Source: a virus
Strand: one strand, 5' to 3'
Length of the DNA: 39,874 nt
Virus record (IMG/VR): IMGVR_UViG_3300045988_151782
Location: 1 to 39,874 of that record
This document shows, piece after piece, positions 1 through 8,837 of the stretch (position 1 is its first letter; every line of letters begins with the position of its first letter). Below the pieces are notes generated by a model, which saw nothing but the letters and a program-made list of their open reading frames with translations, made no database searches and was not told where the DNA came from. The translations under genes and the position numbers were made by a program.

Positions 1-80
1 GCAGGGGAAGGCGGGGCGTATGGGTCTCCAATCCTTGCCCCCTCATAGGCAGGAACCGCGCCAAACAGCTCCGCCGTGGC
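1..80. repeat. Terminal direct repeat, copy 1; circular-assembly overlap or short DTR
   Basis: Bases 1-80 (gcaggggaaggcggggcgtatggg...ccgccgtggc) recur exactly as the last 80 bases, 39795-39874. Confidence 0.95.
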
Positions 81-143
81 ATCATTCTCACAGACAATCA
101 TGTTTTCGATAGTCTTTTTGTCGTTCAAAATGCAATAGTTCAT
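1..143 (-). CDS. Hypothetical protein; N-terminal part of a 77-aa ORF that crosses the window junction
   Basis: ATG at 143 lies 5 nt after GAGGGA. Translation starts MNYCILNDKKTIENMIVCENDATAELFGAVPAYEGARIGDPYAPPSP. The frame stays open through the repeat and ends at TGA 39704-39706. Confidence 0.6.
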   Translation of the reverse strand, partial: MNYCILNDKKTIENMIVCENDATAELFGAVPAYEGARIGDPYAPPSP

Positions 144-145
144 TT

Positions 146-1573
146 TCATCCCTCAACAATATTGGCTGTTGTTTCGTTTTTTAACCTAAGATATAAACCT
201 CCATTACCACCAGCTGAACCTTTTGCTATTCCATTTGAATTTGAAAATCCTCCACCACCGCCGCCGCCAACACCTGGTGATGCAGCATTAACAAAAGTAA
301 AGCTAGCACTAGCATATCCTCCTGTTGCTCCATGTGGAGTTCCTCCAGCAAAAGATGAATAATCATTTGGATTGCTTGATCCTCCACCACCGCCACCTGC
401 TAGCCCTAAGCTTTGATCATTAAAAATAAAACCTGTACCAGCAGTTCCGGATGCTCCTTTTCCAGCATATGTTGGTGCTCCTTGATATGTATAGCCACCA
501 CCAACACCATTTCCAGAAGCAAAATTGAGACTTGTATTATTTTCTCTATATGATCCTTGTCCCCCATTTCCTCCTGTTGCGGTTACAATTACACTTTGAT
601 CTTTATTTCGTACAACTTGTGTATATCCGCCACTACCCGCATAGTACTTTTGTGCAGAAGAGCCAGAAAATGTTCCTACAGTACCACCAGAACCGATGTT
701 CAATTGCAAACTTTCATCTTTATCTATTTGCACATCTAAAACAGTGTTTACATAGCCTCCGCCTCCGCCGCCACCAAAATCACCAGCAGAAGCTTGGCTT
801 ACACCAGCTGCTCCTCCACCGCCCCCTCCTACAGCGGTCAAGTCTAATTTGTAAGCCCTGGAGAACTTCATAACCTGGGAAGTAGTAAGCAGTACATAGT
901 TTTCATAAGTCTTATAGGCAAACTCCACTGTCTGCCTGGTCAGGACCCCAGCGGCGTTTACTGCCTGATTAGAGATGTTTGCAATGTCAAAATAGGGAGA
1001 TTTGATGGAAAAAGAAATTTCGTTGTTTTCGCTAACCGCCAGGAAATAGCCGTTTTCATCTGTGGTAATGGCCTTTCCAAGCCTGTCTGTTACTCCGGTT
1101 ACTGACAGTCCTGCCGCCGGTGTCCCATCTGGGTATTTGACCGTGATGCCATAGCCGTATTTCCCGGCTCCCAATGCCAAAATGATAAACACATCATCCG
1201 GAGCCGCCGTATCATCCAGCTCATATAATGCCGCCGTCTCAGGGCTGAGCGTCTCTTCTTTCGTGAACACATCGGAAGCGGGAGCCATAGAGCCAATTTG
1301 TTCTTTCAGCTCTTCGCTCAGCTTATCCTCCGTAATGGTCCCGTCCGGAATCTGGCCCAGAACAAGCCCCTGAAGCTCATCTTTACCCGCCTTGTCTCCA
1401 AGAGCAACTTTCACTTCCGGAATCACGGTGTTGTTCAGATAGTCCTTGATGGCGTTTCCGCCCTCGTCAAATTTGGCTTTCAGCTCCGTGGCGGTCAGCC
1501 CTCCCACATCATTGGGCTCGTCATCCAATGCGGAGATAATATTCATGTCCTTTTCCAGCGGTGTAAAATCCAT
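146..1573 (-). CDS. Tail fibre / receptor-binding protein with glycine-rich C-terminal domain
   Basis: 475-aa ORF with GAGAGGAG 8 nt before the ATG. It is the last large gene of the virion operon. The C-terminal ~250 aa consist of GGGGGG / GxGG repeats typical of phage glycine-rich fibre domains. Confidence 0.65.
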   Translation of the reverse strand: MDFTPLEKDMNIISALDDEPNDVGGLTATELKAKFDEGGNAIKDYLNNTVIPEVKVALGDKAGKDELQGLVLGQIPDGTITEDKLSEELKEQIGSMAPASDVFTKEETLSPETAALYELDDTAAPDDVFIILALGAGKYGYGITVKYPDGTPAAGLSVTGVTDRLGKAITTDENGYFLAVSENNEISFSIKSPYFDIANISNQAVNAAGVLTRQTVEFAYKTYENYVLLTTSQVMKFSRAYKLDLTAVGGGGGGAAGVSQASAGDFGGGGGGGYVNTVLDVQIDKDESLQLNIGSGGTVGTFSGSSAQKYYAGSGGYTQVVRNKDQSVIVTATGGNGGQGSYRENNTSLNFASGNGVGGGYTYQGAPTYAGKGASGTAGTGFIFNDQSLGLAGGGGGGSSNPNDYSSFAGGTPHGATGGYASASFTFVNAASPGVGGGGGGGFSNSNGIAKGSAGGNGGLYLRLKNETTANIVEG

Positions 1574-1576
1574 GTG

Positions 1577-3265
1577 TTACGCTCCTCTCTCCGTGGGAAT
1601 TTCTCCAGTTTGATTGATGGCCCTCTGCAAGGCCCCATATCCGGGGCCGCCCCGCAAAGGCGGCTGCGCCTCATCTGTCGGTCCTGGGGCCTGGCCGGAG
1701 ACCGGGACGCCCATAGCGCCCATCTGCGCGGCCATCTGCTGCTGCCGGTTGGCCTCCAATACGGCAATCAGGGTTTCCCGGTCCGTAATCTGACCGGCGG
1801 GCAGGCGCTTCAAATACTCAATCGTATCAATCTTGTCCTGCATCAGCAGGTTGTCCAGCGTCTGCATGGAGGCGATTTCGCTCCAGTAGGAGGACGCGCC
1901 TACATCCAATTCCACCGTGAAGTAGAGGTCCTTCAAAGCCTCAAAATCAAACAGAGCCGGCATCTTCATCGTGGGATTGATGTTGATCTCTATATATCGC
2001 TCCCCGTAATATTCACCCATGAACTCCATGTAAATCCTGCCTAGGTCCTCGATACACTGCAACAGGGTCTGTTTGGTCAGCTCCATCGGTGTGGAGGCCG
2101 CCCGCTGCAGCGCGATAATGGCGGAGGTGTTGTCCGGCCTGGTATCGCCCAGGGCGACGTCGGAAGCTCCAAGGAATTTCTGCGTGTAGGAGATGGCGAT
2201 GTCAATGAACTGGGAAATCTGCGGGGAGATGGTGGCCGGGTCGATGATCTTCGCCACGTTTTCTACGCTTCCGTTCACTCCGATTGCCGCGCCGACTCGG
2301 TTGTTCCACTTGGGGACCTTTGTCTTGTCGTACATGATTTTGGGATAGGCCAGCATCATGAGGGAGATCATGGACATGGCAAAGAGCTTGTTGACAAAAA
2401 TCTGGTTGGGAATCAGCCCGGTAATCATGGCCTGACCATGGTAGCAATCCTGTACATAGTCCCAATTCATCCAGGTGATTGGGTACAGCTTGATGCCAAG
2501 GTCCCACTCCGGCTTGATTTCCCGGTCCCGTGTGCATTCATAGCCGTGGATGGTCCCACTCTTCTCATCTCTCCAAAGTCTCAGCAGAACCGTAACCTTG
2601 CTGCCGCCCAGGTTATCCATGCGGGGATCGCCGCTCTGCTTGGTGTCCGCTGCGATTCCCTCTCGTTCCTCCCGGCTGACGCCGCTGGCCTCTGCCCGTC
2701 TCCTGGCCTCCCGCACCAGCATCCGCCGCTCGATGAGGATGTACGGCTGAGATTGCACCTCCCGGCTGTTGGGATTTCCAAACAGAACCTGTGTGTTTGG
2801 CAGGACTTCCGTCTTGATTGCGCCTCTGCTGGGCTGTCCGGTCTCCACATCGGGGTCCCAATAGGTATAAAGGCAGCCGTCTCCGTCCACCGCGGCATTC
2901 CGGCAGAACTCCCGAATGCAGGAGCCCATTTTGTTGAACTCAAAAATACCGGAAAACTGCTCGTTCAAGAGGTCCGTCAGCATTTCGGCGCTCTGTCCGG
3001 AAATCTTGCCGCTGGATGGAAGGGGCTTTGCGTGGAGTTTTAAATTGTCCGTGGACACATTGGCGACAGAGAACAGCACCACACGCTTTAAGAAATTGAA
3101 AACCGGCGTCGGCAGGCCGTTGGAACGGACGCCCTCCCACTGCTTTCCAATGAAGAAGTTTTCGTTGACATTCACGCAGTCATAAAACGAAATGCCGTTG
3201 TTGAATTGAAGGCCGGCCTCATATTCATTTGACACCTTTTCCGGTGTGGGACGATACTTTTCCAT
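1577..3265 (-). CDS. Portal protein
   Basis: 562 aa, located in the head module. The N-terminus ...NENFFIGKQWEG... resembles portal families. This is a size, position and memory-based call. Confidence 0.7.
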   Translation of the reverse strand: MEKYRPTPEKVSNEYEAGLQFNNGISFYDCVNVNENFFIGKQWEGVRSNGLPTPVFNFLKRVVLFSVANVSTDNLKLHAKPLPSSGKISGQSAEMLTDLLNEQFSGIFEFNKMGSCIREFCRNAAVDGDGCLYTYWDPDVETGQPSRGAIKTEVLPNTQVLFGNPNSREVQSQPYILIERRMLVREARRRAEASGVSREEREGIAADTKQSGDPRMDNLGGSKVTVLLRLWRDEKSGTIHGYECTRDREIKPEWDLGIKLYPITWMNWDYVQDCYHGQAMITGLIPNQIFVNKLFAMSMISLMMLAYPKIMYDKTKVPKWNNRVGAAIGVNGSVENVAKIIDPATISPQISQFIDIAISYTQKFLGASDVALGDTRPDNTSAIIALQRAASTPMELTKQTLLQCIEDLGRIYMEFMGEYYGERYIEININPTMKMPALFDFEALKDLYFTVELDVGASSYWSEIASMQTLDNLLMQDKIDTIEYLKRLPAGQITDRETLIAVLEANRQQQMAAQMGAMGVPVSGQAPGPTDEAQPPLRGGPGYGALQRAINQTGEIPTERGA

Positions 3266-3278
3266 GTGTGTTTTCCTC

Positions 3279-5123
3279 TTATTTCACGTTTCCGGCATAG
3301 CGCAGCTGCACATCCGTCTCCAACACCGTAGCGGTGGCGGAAGCGCTGTCGCTCTTGAAAATCAATCGGTAGAATGTTGCCTTTTTGACCTTGAGCTTTA
3401 ATCGTTCTACCTGGGGCTTCCGGTTCGTCAGAAAGGACCAGTGATTGAAATCCACATTGGTAAAGGAGGCGAAGGACGCTGCAACCACCTTGTCCGGGTA
3501 GTCGCTCCGGCGGTTGCTCTCGGCGGTGACGGTGATTCTCGCGTTATTCTCCGGCTTGATGGCTACAAAGATCACAGGGGAGTACTTGAGCTGCCAGTCC
3601 CGGTCAAAATCCATCGCGCCGGTGGCGGCATAGGCGCTGATTTCTTCGCCGTCGTCGTTGCGATAGGACCGGGACACCTCCTTGATCTTGCCCTCCTGCG
3701 TAAAGCCGAAGGTCCTCTGGTCCACCTCCAGCATAGAGACAAATGGCATGTTGGTGTAGGTGTACCAGGTATTGTTGGAGTAGTTCAGAATCAATGCGGT
3801 TTCCTTCCACAAAAACCAATACTCGTGATGATGCTTCCGGTTGAAGGTTTTCGTCTTCTCCAGATCAAAAGCACTGATGGTAGCGGCAATCCGGTCCGAT
3901 ATACGGGTCGCGTTTTGCTCGCTGTCGGTGATGTTCCCGCTGGAGGAGGTGGAGCGCCACTGATAAATGCTGCCGCCGTCCAGGGTCAGGGGGTTATTTT
4001 CCAGAAGGCGGACCTGTCCCGGGGCGTCGTTTCCGATCTGGCGGTTTACCGGGAGCACATAAAATGCCGGCGCGGTAATTCCGTTGTCCAGCACGGTGGT
4101 GCTGTATTGCAAAGACCACGCGCTGTCCCGTTTAAAAGCCATCAATCTTGCATAATGTCGAACCAGCGCTGTGATGGGGGTGTTGCTGTCTCCGATGGCG
4201 GCCTCATAGAGGTCCGGGAAGTACTCCGCCGTGGCAAGGCCCGTGTCCCCGTCAATGCCGCTGTAAATTGTCTTGTTGCTGCCGTCCCCGTATAGGAATA
4301 CCCGGCTGTCCAAAGAGCCGTTATAGAGCTCGGAGAAATGCATGGAGGTAACTTCCGCCCGCGCTCCATCTCCCTTTTTATAGGTCACGGTCACGGTGTT
4401 GGTGCCCTTTTCCGGTGCCGTTGCAAACGTCATCTTTCCGGCCGCCGTGTCCACCGTATAGGTGGCCTCCGTTCCCGTCACGGAGATCACGCTGTCAATC
4501 TCCTTTTCCGGCAGGAAAAAATCTTTGGCCGTTCCGTCCGGGGAAAACTTGACCCGCCGCTTGCCTGTCAGCCGGTTTACATTCTCCAGCAGCGTCCCGC
4601 TCCCGCCCGGTTCCGTTGCCGTCTGGATGACCGGGACATAGCCCTCCACCTCGGAAAACGTCTCGTCCTCCCCGGCGCCCCAGCTCATGTATTCGTGCCC
4701 GTTCAAGAGGTATACTTTCTCGTCAAATCCAAAGAAGGTGGTAGTTTCATCCTGGGTACAGGCCCCTACTGCGGTGACGGCCTCCGTCAGGATGTTCACG
4801 TCAAAAATAGCTCCGCCAAAGGCGCACAGCAGATGATAGGCCTTGTTGACCATCCCATACCAAGCGCCGCAGAAAACCGGCGCCTCGACAGGAGATTCCT
4901 GGTCCTCTGCCCAGGCATCCCAGGCGGTCCGCAAATGCAGCAGTGTGTGGGTACCCGGCCTAATCTGCAAGTGGCTGTCCTTGGTAATGGAGAAGTTCCG
5001 CATTTCGGACATCTCTCCAACACGGATTTTGGTGTCGCCGTCCTGATTCTCATTGAGACCTAGGAACTCCTTTATCCGCATGATCGTGATATTGCTGCCC
5101 GCTGCCATCTGGGCCAAGCTCAA
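3279..5123 (-). CDS. Virion structural protein of unknown role (possibly tail/adaptor)
   Basis: 614-aa ORF between large terminase and portal. The TTG start overlaps the terL stop (TTGA). The start codon is uncertain (alternative ATG 15 nt downstream). Confidence 0.6.
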   Translation of the reverse strand: MSLAQMAAGSNITIMRIKEFLGLNENQDGDTKIRVGEMSEMRNFSITKDSHLQIRPGTHTLLHLRTAWDAWAEDQESPVEAPVFCGAWYGMVNKAYHLLCAFGGAIFDVNILTEAVTAVGACTQDETTTFFGFDEKVYLLNGHEYMSWGAGEDETFSEVEGYVPVIQTATEPGGSGTLLENVNRLTGKRRVKFSPDGTAKDFFLPEKEIDSVISVTGTEATYTVDTAAGKMTFATAPEKGTNTVTVTYKKGDGARAEVTSMHFSELYNGSLDSRVFLYGDGSNKTIYSGIDGDTGLATAEYFPDLYEAAIGDSNTPITALVRHYARLMAFKRDSAWSLQYSTTVLDNGITAPAFYVLPVNRQIGNDAPGQVRLLENNPLTLDGGSIYQWRSTSSSGNITDSEQNATRISDRIAATISAFDLEKTKTFNRKHHHEYWFLWKETALILNYSNNTWYTYTNMPFVSMLEVDQRTFGFTQEGKIKEVSRSYRNDDGEEISAYAATGAMDFDRDWQLKYSPVIFVAIKPENNARITVTAESNRRSDYPDKVVAASFASFTNVDFNHWSFLTNRKPQVERLKLKVKKATFYRLIFKSDSASATATVLETDVQLRYAGNVK

Positions 5124-6517
5124 CCACCTCCGTACTCCAGATAATCCTCCGGCATCTCTCCGCCGGTCATCTCGTCGTCGTAATCCGTCATACCGGAATC
5201 CTCAAAATCCTCCGGCACAGGGGACTCCACCCGTTCCGCGCCCAATGTCCTGGTAACACAGAAATACCGGATGGCGTCGCAGATATGCGTGATCTCATGG
5301 GGCTGCACCGCGCAGTCTGACGGGTTCTTCTCGTCGTGCTGGATGGCGGCGATATGGGAGATGAGGGCTTGACAGTTGCTGGTCACCAGCAGCCCGGGGC
5401 GGTCCTGCGGCCTTGACAGGGGCTTGAGCAGCTCCTTCACAGCCATCCAGCCCTGTACCCGGTTGTTGCTGCCACGGATGATGCCCACGCCGTTCTCCAT
5501 GAACAGCTCTGCCATGCTGCGGCCGCTGTCCTTTTGCCGGTTCCACATGTCCGGCGGCGCAATCGTGAACTCGATGTGTTCCCACGGCGGCGTCGCGTCC
5601 AGCATCAGCTTCGCGGCCTCTGAGACGATCACACCGGACTGCTGCAATTCCCGGTATACATAGCAGCGCCCGTCAAAATCCACCGCAATCCAGAGGCAGG
5701 CGAACATGTCAAGGCCATAGTCAAAGGCCCGGTATTTCCTCCACTCCGCTGGAATCCGCCAGAACGGTTCTATCACATGAGTTTTCTTTGTAAACTCCGG
5801 GAAGAAGGACCCGGACAGGGCGTCCCAGTCGCCAAACCTCCAGGCATTGCGCACGTTGTCCGGCAGCAGGTCCAGCATCTGTACATACTCCGGAGACGCC
5901 GCCAGCAGCTGGGGGTTATCGTCCACCGTCGCGTGAATGAAGGTATAGTCCTCCGCCGTTTCGCCGTCCCGGTACTGCCTGGAGACGAACAGCCGTTTTA
6001 CCCAAAGGTGCCCGATGCCGCCGGGGTTGCAGGTCAGGTACATCCGGCGGGGGATATTCGTCGCGCCGCGCAGACACGCGCCCAAGGTGCGGAACTGGCT
6101 CTCCGTAAACTGCGTGGCCTCGTCCATGAAAATCCAGTCATATTCCTGGCCCTGGTACTCGTCGTCATCGCTCGTTCCATAATGTCCAAACTTGATCGTG
6201 GAACCGTTGGCGAAGAAAAACATATGCATGGAGCCGTTATAGACCGCAACCTCCTGCGGGATCAGCTTTCGCATGGGCAGAATCATGGTCTGCTCCAGCT
6301 CCGGGTATTCCCGCCGCACAATCAAAATCCGGATTCCCGGATAGGTCAGCGCACCGCCAAAGGCTTTGATTCGCAAAACGTGGCTCTTTCCGCCGCCTCT
6401 TGCCCCGCCATAGCCCACATACCGGGTTCTGGCCTGACAAAAGAGCTTTTGTTTGGGATTCAGTTCTCCCAAGTCCACGGAAATCATCCCGCTGTGGTTT
6501 CTGTATTTTCCAGCCAT
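5120..6517 (-). CDS. terL: Terminase large subunit
   Basis: Walker A GYGGARGGGKSH, Walker B YDWIFMDEATQF, and a C-terminal nuclease-like half; 465 aa. Confidence 0.9.
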   Translation of the reverse strand: MAGKYRNHSGMISVDLGELNPKQKLFCQARTRYVGYGGARGGGKSHVLRIKAFGGALTYPGIRILIVRREYPELEQTMILPMRKLIPQEVAVYNGSMHMFFFANGSTIKFGHYGTSDDDEYQGQEYDWIFMDEATQFTESQFRTLGACLRGATNIPRRMYLTCNPGGIGHLWVKRLFVSRQYRDGETAEDYTFIHATVDDNPQLLAASPEYVQMLDLLPDNVRNAWRFGDWDALSGSFFPEFTKKTHVIEPFWRIPAEWRKYRAFDYGLDMFACLWIAVDFDGRCYVYRELQQSGVIVSEAAKLMLDATPPWEHIEFTIAPPDMWNRQKDSGRSMAELFMENGVGIIRGSNNRVQGWMAVKELLKPLSRPQDRPGLLVTSNCQALISHIAAIQHDEKNPSDCAVQPHEITHICDAIRYFCVTRTLGAERVESPVPEDFEDSGMTDYDDEMTGGEMPEDYLEYGGG

Positions 6518-6530
6518 GCGCTCACCTCTT

Positions 6531-6563
6531 CGGAAATAGGGGAAAGGCCCCCTTGCGGGGGCC
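6531..6563 (-). terminator. Intrinsic terminator / attenuating hairpin after the capsid gene
   Basis: Minus strand reads GGCCCCC-GCAA-GGGGGCC followed by TTTCCCCTATTT. It lies between the capsid gene stop (6571) and the terL start (6517). Confidence 0.6.
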
Positions 6564-6570
6564 CGTATGC

Positions 6571-7626
6571 TTACTCGTAGTCCTTCGTTCCCTCCATGCC
6601 GACACAGCCATCTTTGACCTGGATGCAGCGCATCGTCTGTCCCTCGGACAGCGTGACGCCGCCGGAGGGATAGGCCGCCGCGGTGTGGCTATAGCGGGGA
6701 TTGGTTCCGTCCAGCGTGTACAGATAATTCTTTCCGCTGGCTCCCGTGATCGTCGCCACATGGGTGGAAACGCTGATCGCTGGCGCATCCAAAATTGCGT
6801 CCGCACTTCCGCAAACCGCAATTCCGTCACCTTTGGTGCCAAGGACAAACGCATCATAGTAGGTAACCCCCTGCACCACAGGCCCGGAAAAGCCCTGCAC
6901 CTTGGTCAGCACGTCATACTGCTGCATCTTCACCGGGTCCACGGTGCTCCCCTTGAACTTGATCATGAAGTACACGCCATTGGGGAGATAGCTCTTGGTG
7001 ACCGGGATCACCTTCACACCGTCCACCTCGCCCACAACGCCGCGGGAGAGCGCCATGTTTCCGGTCTTCTCCAGTGCCAGGAAATCCGGATTCTGCTTGA
7101 GGAGCTTGTAGTACTCCGTGGGAATGTACATCGTCCGATTTTCCAGCGGAACAAACGCATCCGTCATCTTGGCATTGGCGTCAATGATGGCCTCCACAAT
7201 ATTGGATTTTGTGGGGGCGGAGGTGAGTTTGTGCTGGATGTTGGCTCCCATGCACCACTTTTTCAGCCGGTATCTGTCCATACCGGGGACTGTCCTCTCG
7301 TCCAGCTGCCGGCGCAGCGCGCGGCCGGCGGATTTCTCAATGGCTTGGTCGGAGTTGTCCAACGCCTCAATCACAAAGGTGAACGAGGGCTCCTGCGTCA
7401 TGGTCATCTCCTGGATGGTGTCTCCCAGGTTCTGGGGCGTGCCGAAGCGGTTATTAGCCGCGTTCCGGTCATAGGGCTGCTCGGGTACGGTGTCCACAGA
7501 GTAGACACGAATCGTCTTTGCGCCCACAAAGGAATAGTCGTTGCCGCACGCGGCGTCTGTGATGGACGCCTTGTGAAATCGCTCCGCGATTTTGTCAGCA
7601 TACTTGATGGTATAATTGACTGCCAT
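6571..7626 (-). CDS. Major capsid protein (P22-coat / N4-gp56-like) with C-terminal Fn3-associated/chitobiase-like extension
   Basis: 351 aa, directly downstream of the scaffold gene. The N-terminal ...ACGNDYSFVGAKTIRVYSV... pattern is typical of this capsid family. The C-terminal YLYTLDGTNPRYS motif is discussed in the findings. Confidence 0.8.
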   Translation of the reverse strand: MAVNYTIKYADKIAERFHKASITDAACGNDYSFVGAKTIRVYSVDTVPEQPYDRNAANNRFGTPQNLGDTIQEMTMTQEPSFTFVIEALDNSDQAIEKSAGRALRRQLDERTVPGMDRYRLKKWCMGANIQHKLTSAPTKSNIVEAIIDANAKMTDAFVPLENRTMYIPTEYYKLLKQNPDFLALEKTGNMALSRGVVGEVDGVKVIPVTKSYLPNGVYFMIKFKGSTVDPVKMQQYDVLTKVQGFSGPVVQGVTYYDAFVLGTKGDGIAVCGSADAILDAPAISVSTHVATITGASGKNYLYTLDGTNPRYSHTAAAYPSGGVTLSEGQTMRCIQVKDGCVGMEGTKDYE

Positions 7627-7667
7627 ATTGACCCTCTCTTTCGTATCTGCGGAAAGGGCGCCGTCGT

Positions 7668-8579
7668 TCAGGAGTCAAATCCCCTCAGAAAATCATCCTT
7701 GCTGTTGCCCTCTTCACCGGCGGATTTCATGCTTCCGGTGGAGCGCTCCGCGTTCTTTTGGTTTTTCTGCGCGGCTTCCGCGGCGTGCTGATACCGTTCG
7801 GCTTCGGCTCTTGCCTGTTCCACCTGCCACCTTGCGTAGCTGGCCGTCAGGGAGAGCCCGTTTCTCACGCCGTCCCAAACCTCCGCGGGGATGTCCTTCG
7901 GCGCCTTTGCCGCTTCTGGAAATGTGTTTTGAAATTCCTGAATATCCGCCATCCGGCGGTCCTCATCGGACCGCTTTTTTGCCTCTGCCGCCTCCACAGC
8001 CTTCCTCTGGTCGGCCTCTGCGGCTTCCTTTGCCGCAACCGTCGCCTCCCGGTCCTCCAGCTCAACGGCTCTTTTGGCTTCCTCAGAGCTCATGCCCTCG
8101 GACTTTTTCGCCTCCTGGCGGATGTAGGAGATGTAGTCCCTCGTGTTCATGCCGGAACGGTTCGCGAACTGGCTGAACATGTCCATCACAGGCTTGAACT
8201 CGTCGTATTTCTCCCGCAGCCTGTCGTAGTCGAGCCCCTTCTGGGCAAGCGCGGTCATCTCCGCCTCATTCACGGTCCGACTCTCGCCCAGATGCTGCAG
8301 CGTCCAGGTTTTCGGGGGCTCCTCTGCCGGCCCTTCCTCGGCTTCTGCGGGCGGTTCCTGAGCCGGTTGCGGCTCTTCCCCGCTCTCAGCTTTCGTCTGT
8401 TCATGAGGCGCGCTGTCCTGTGTTGTTTCTGATGGGATCTCCGGCTGGTCTGCCGTGGGCTCCATGTCGTCCAGTCCCTCTAAAAAGCCGTCCGTGGTCT
8501 CGGGCGTCTGGTCCTGGGTGTTCAAAGTCTCTTCCATCTGATCACGCTTTCTCCGCCTGGTCTGGCGGCTGTATTTCAT
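7668..8579 (-). CDS. Scaffolding protein
   Basis: 303 aa, very acidic, E/A/K-rich with a coiled-coil character, immediately upstream of the capsid gene. Confidence 0.7.
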   Translation of the reverse strand: MKYSRQTRRRKRDQMEETLNTQDQTPETTDGFLEGLDDMEPTADQPEIPSETTQDSAPHEQTKAESGEEPQPAQEPPAEAEEGPAEEPPKTWTLQHLGESRTVNEAEMTALAQKGLDYDRLREKYDEFKPVMDMFSQFANRSGMNTRDYISYIRQEAKKSEGMSSEEAKRAVELEDREATVAAKEAAEADQRKAVEAAEAKKRSDEDRRMADIQEFQNTFPEAAKAPKDIPAEVWDGVRNGLSLTASYARWQVEQARAEAERYQHAAEAAQKNQKNAERSTGSMKSAGEEGNSKDDFLRGFDS

Positions 8580-8601
8580 CTCCCTGGTGTGGGAAAGTGA
8601 G

Positions 8602-8670
8602 CAAAAAGAGAAAGCGCCAAAGGTCGGATTCCTCCAACCTCTGGCGCCAAGCGCTCTCGCTTATGATTCA
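8602..8670 (-). promoter_or_regulatory. Conserved leader box plus terminator hairpin, copy A (partner at 34174-34243)
   Basis: Minus strand reads TGAATCATAAGCGAGAGCGCTTGGCGCC, then a 14-bp hairpin GCGCCAGAGGTTGG/CCGACCTTTGGCGC, then TTTCTCTTTTTG. It ends 22 nt before the scaffold ATG. Confidence 0.6.
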
Positions 8671-8837
8671 ATTTTCCCGGAGAGATCTTCCAATTCTCTC
8701 CCCATGTAGATTTTGGGGAACCACTCCATCTTGCACTTCCGGCAGTAAATCGGCGCCCCAAGCATCACCGTGTTACCACGGACCTGCTGCAAATTTTTCC
8801 GGCAGCGGGGGCAGGTAAACCATCCATTGACTACCAT
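8661..8837 (-). CDS. Small cysteine-rich zinc-ribbon protein (Cys-rich KTR-like)
   Basis: 58-aa ORF not in the supplied track: MVVNGWFTCPRCRKNLQQVRGNTVMLGAPIYCRKCKMEWFPKIYMGRELEDLSGKIES. It has two CxxC pairs. Its TAA lies inside the conserved leader box. Confidence 0.55.
   Translation of the reverse strand: MVVNGWFTCPRCRKNLQQVRGNTVMLGAPIYCRKCKMEWFPKIYMGRELEDLSGKIES

Noticed and set aside
8614-8647. Resemblance of the leader hairpin (GAGGTTGGAGGAATCCGACCTTT) to the variable loop and T-arm of the phage tRNA (GAGGTTGGGGGAACAGAGCCTT), suggesting tRNA-derived mini-helices.
   Set aside because: Only about 17 of 26 positions match in copy A, and copy B matches much less. I could not distinguish this from chance similarity of GC-rich hairpins.
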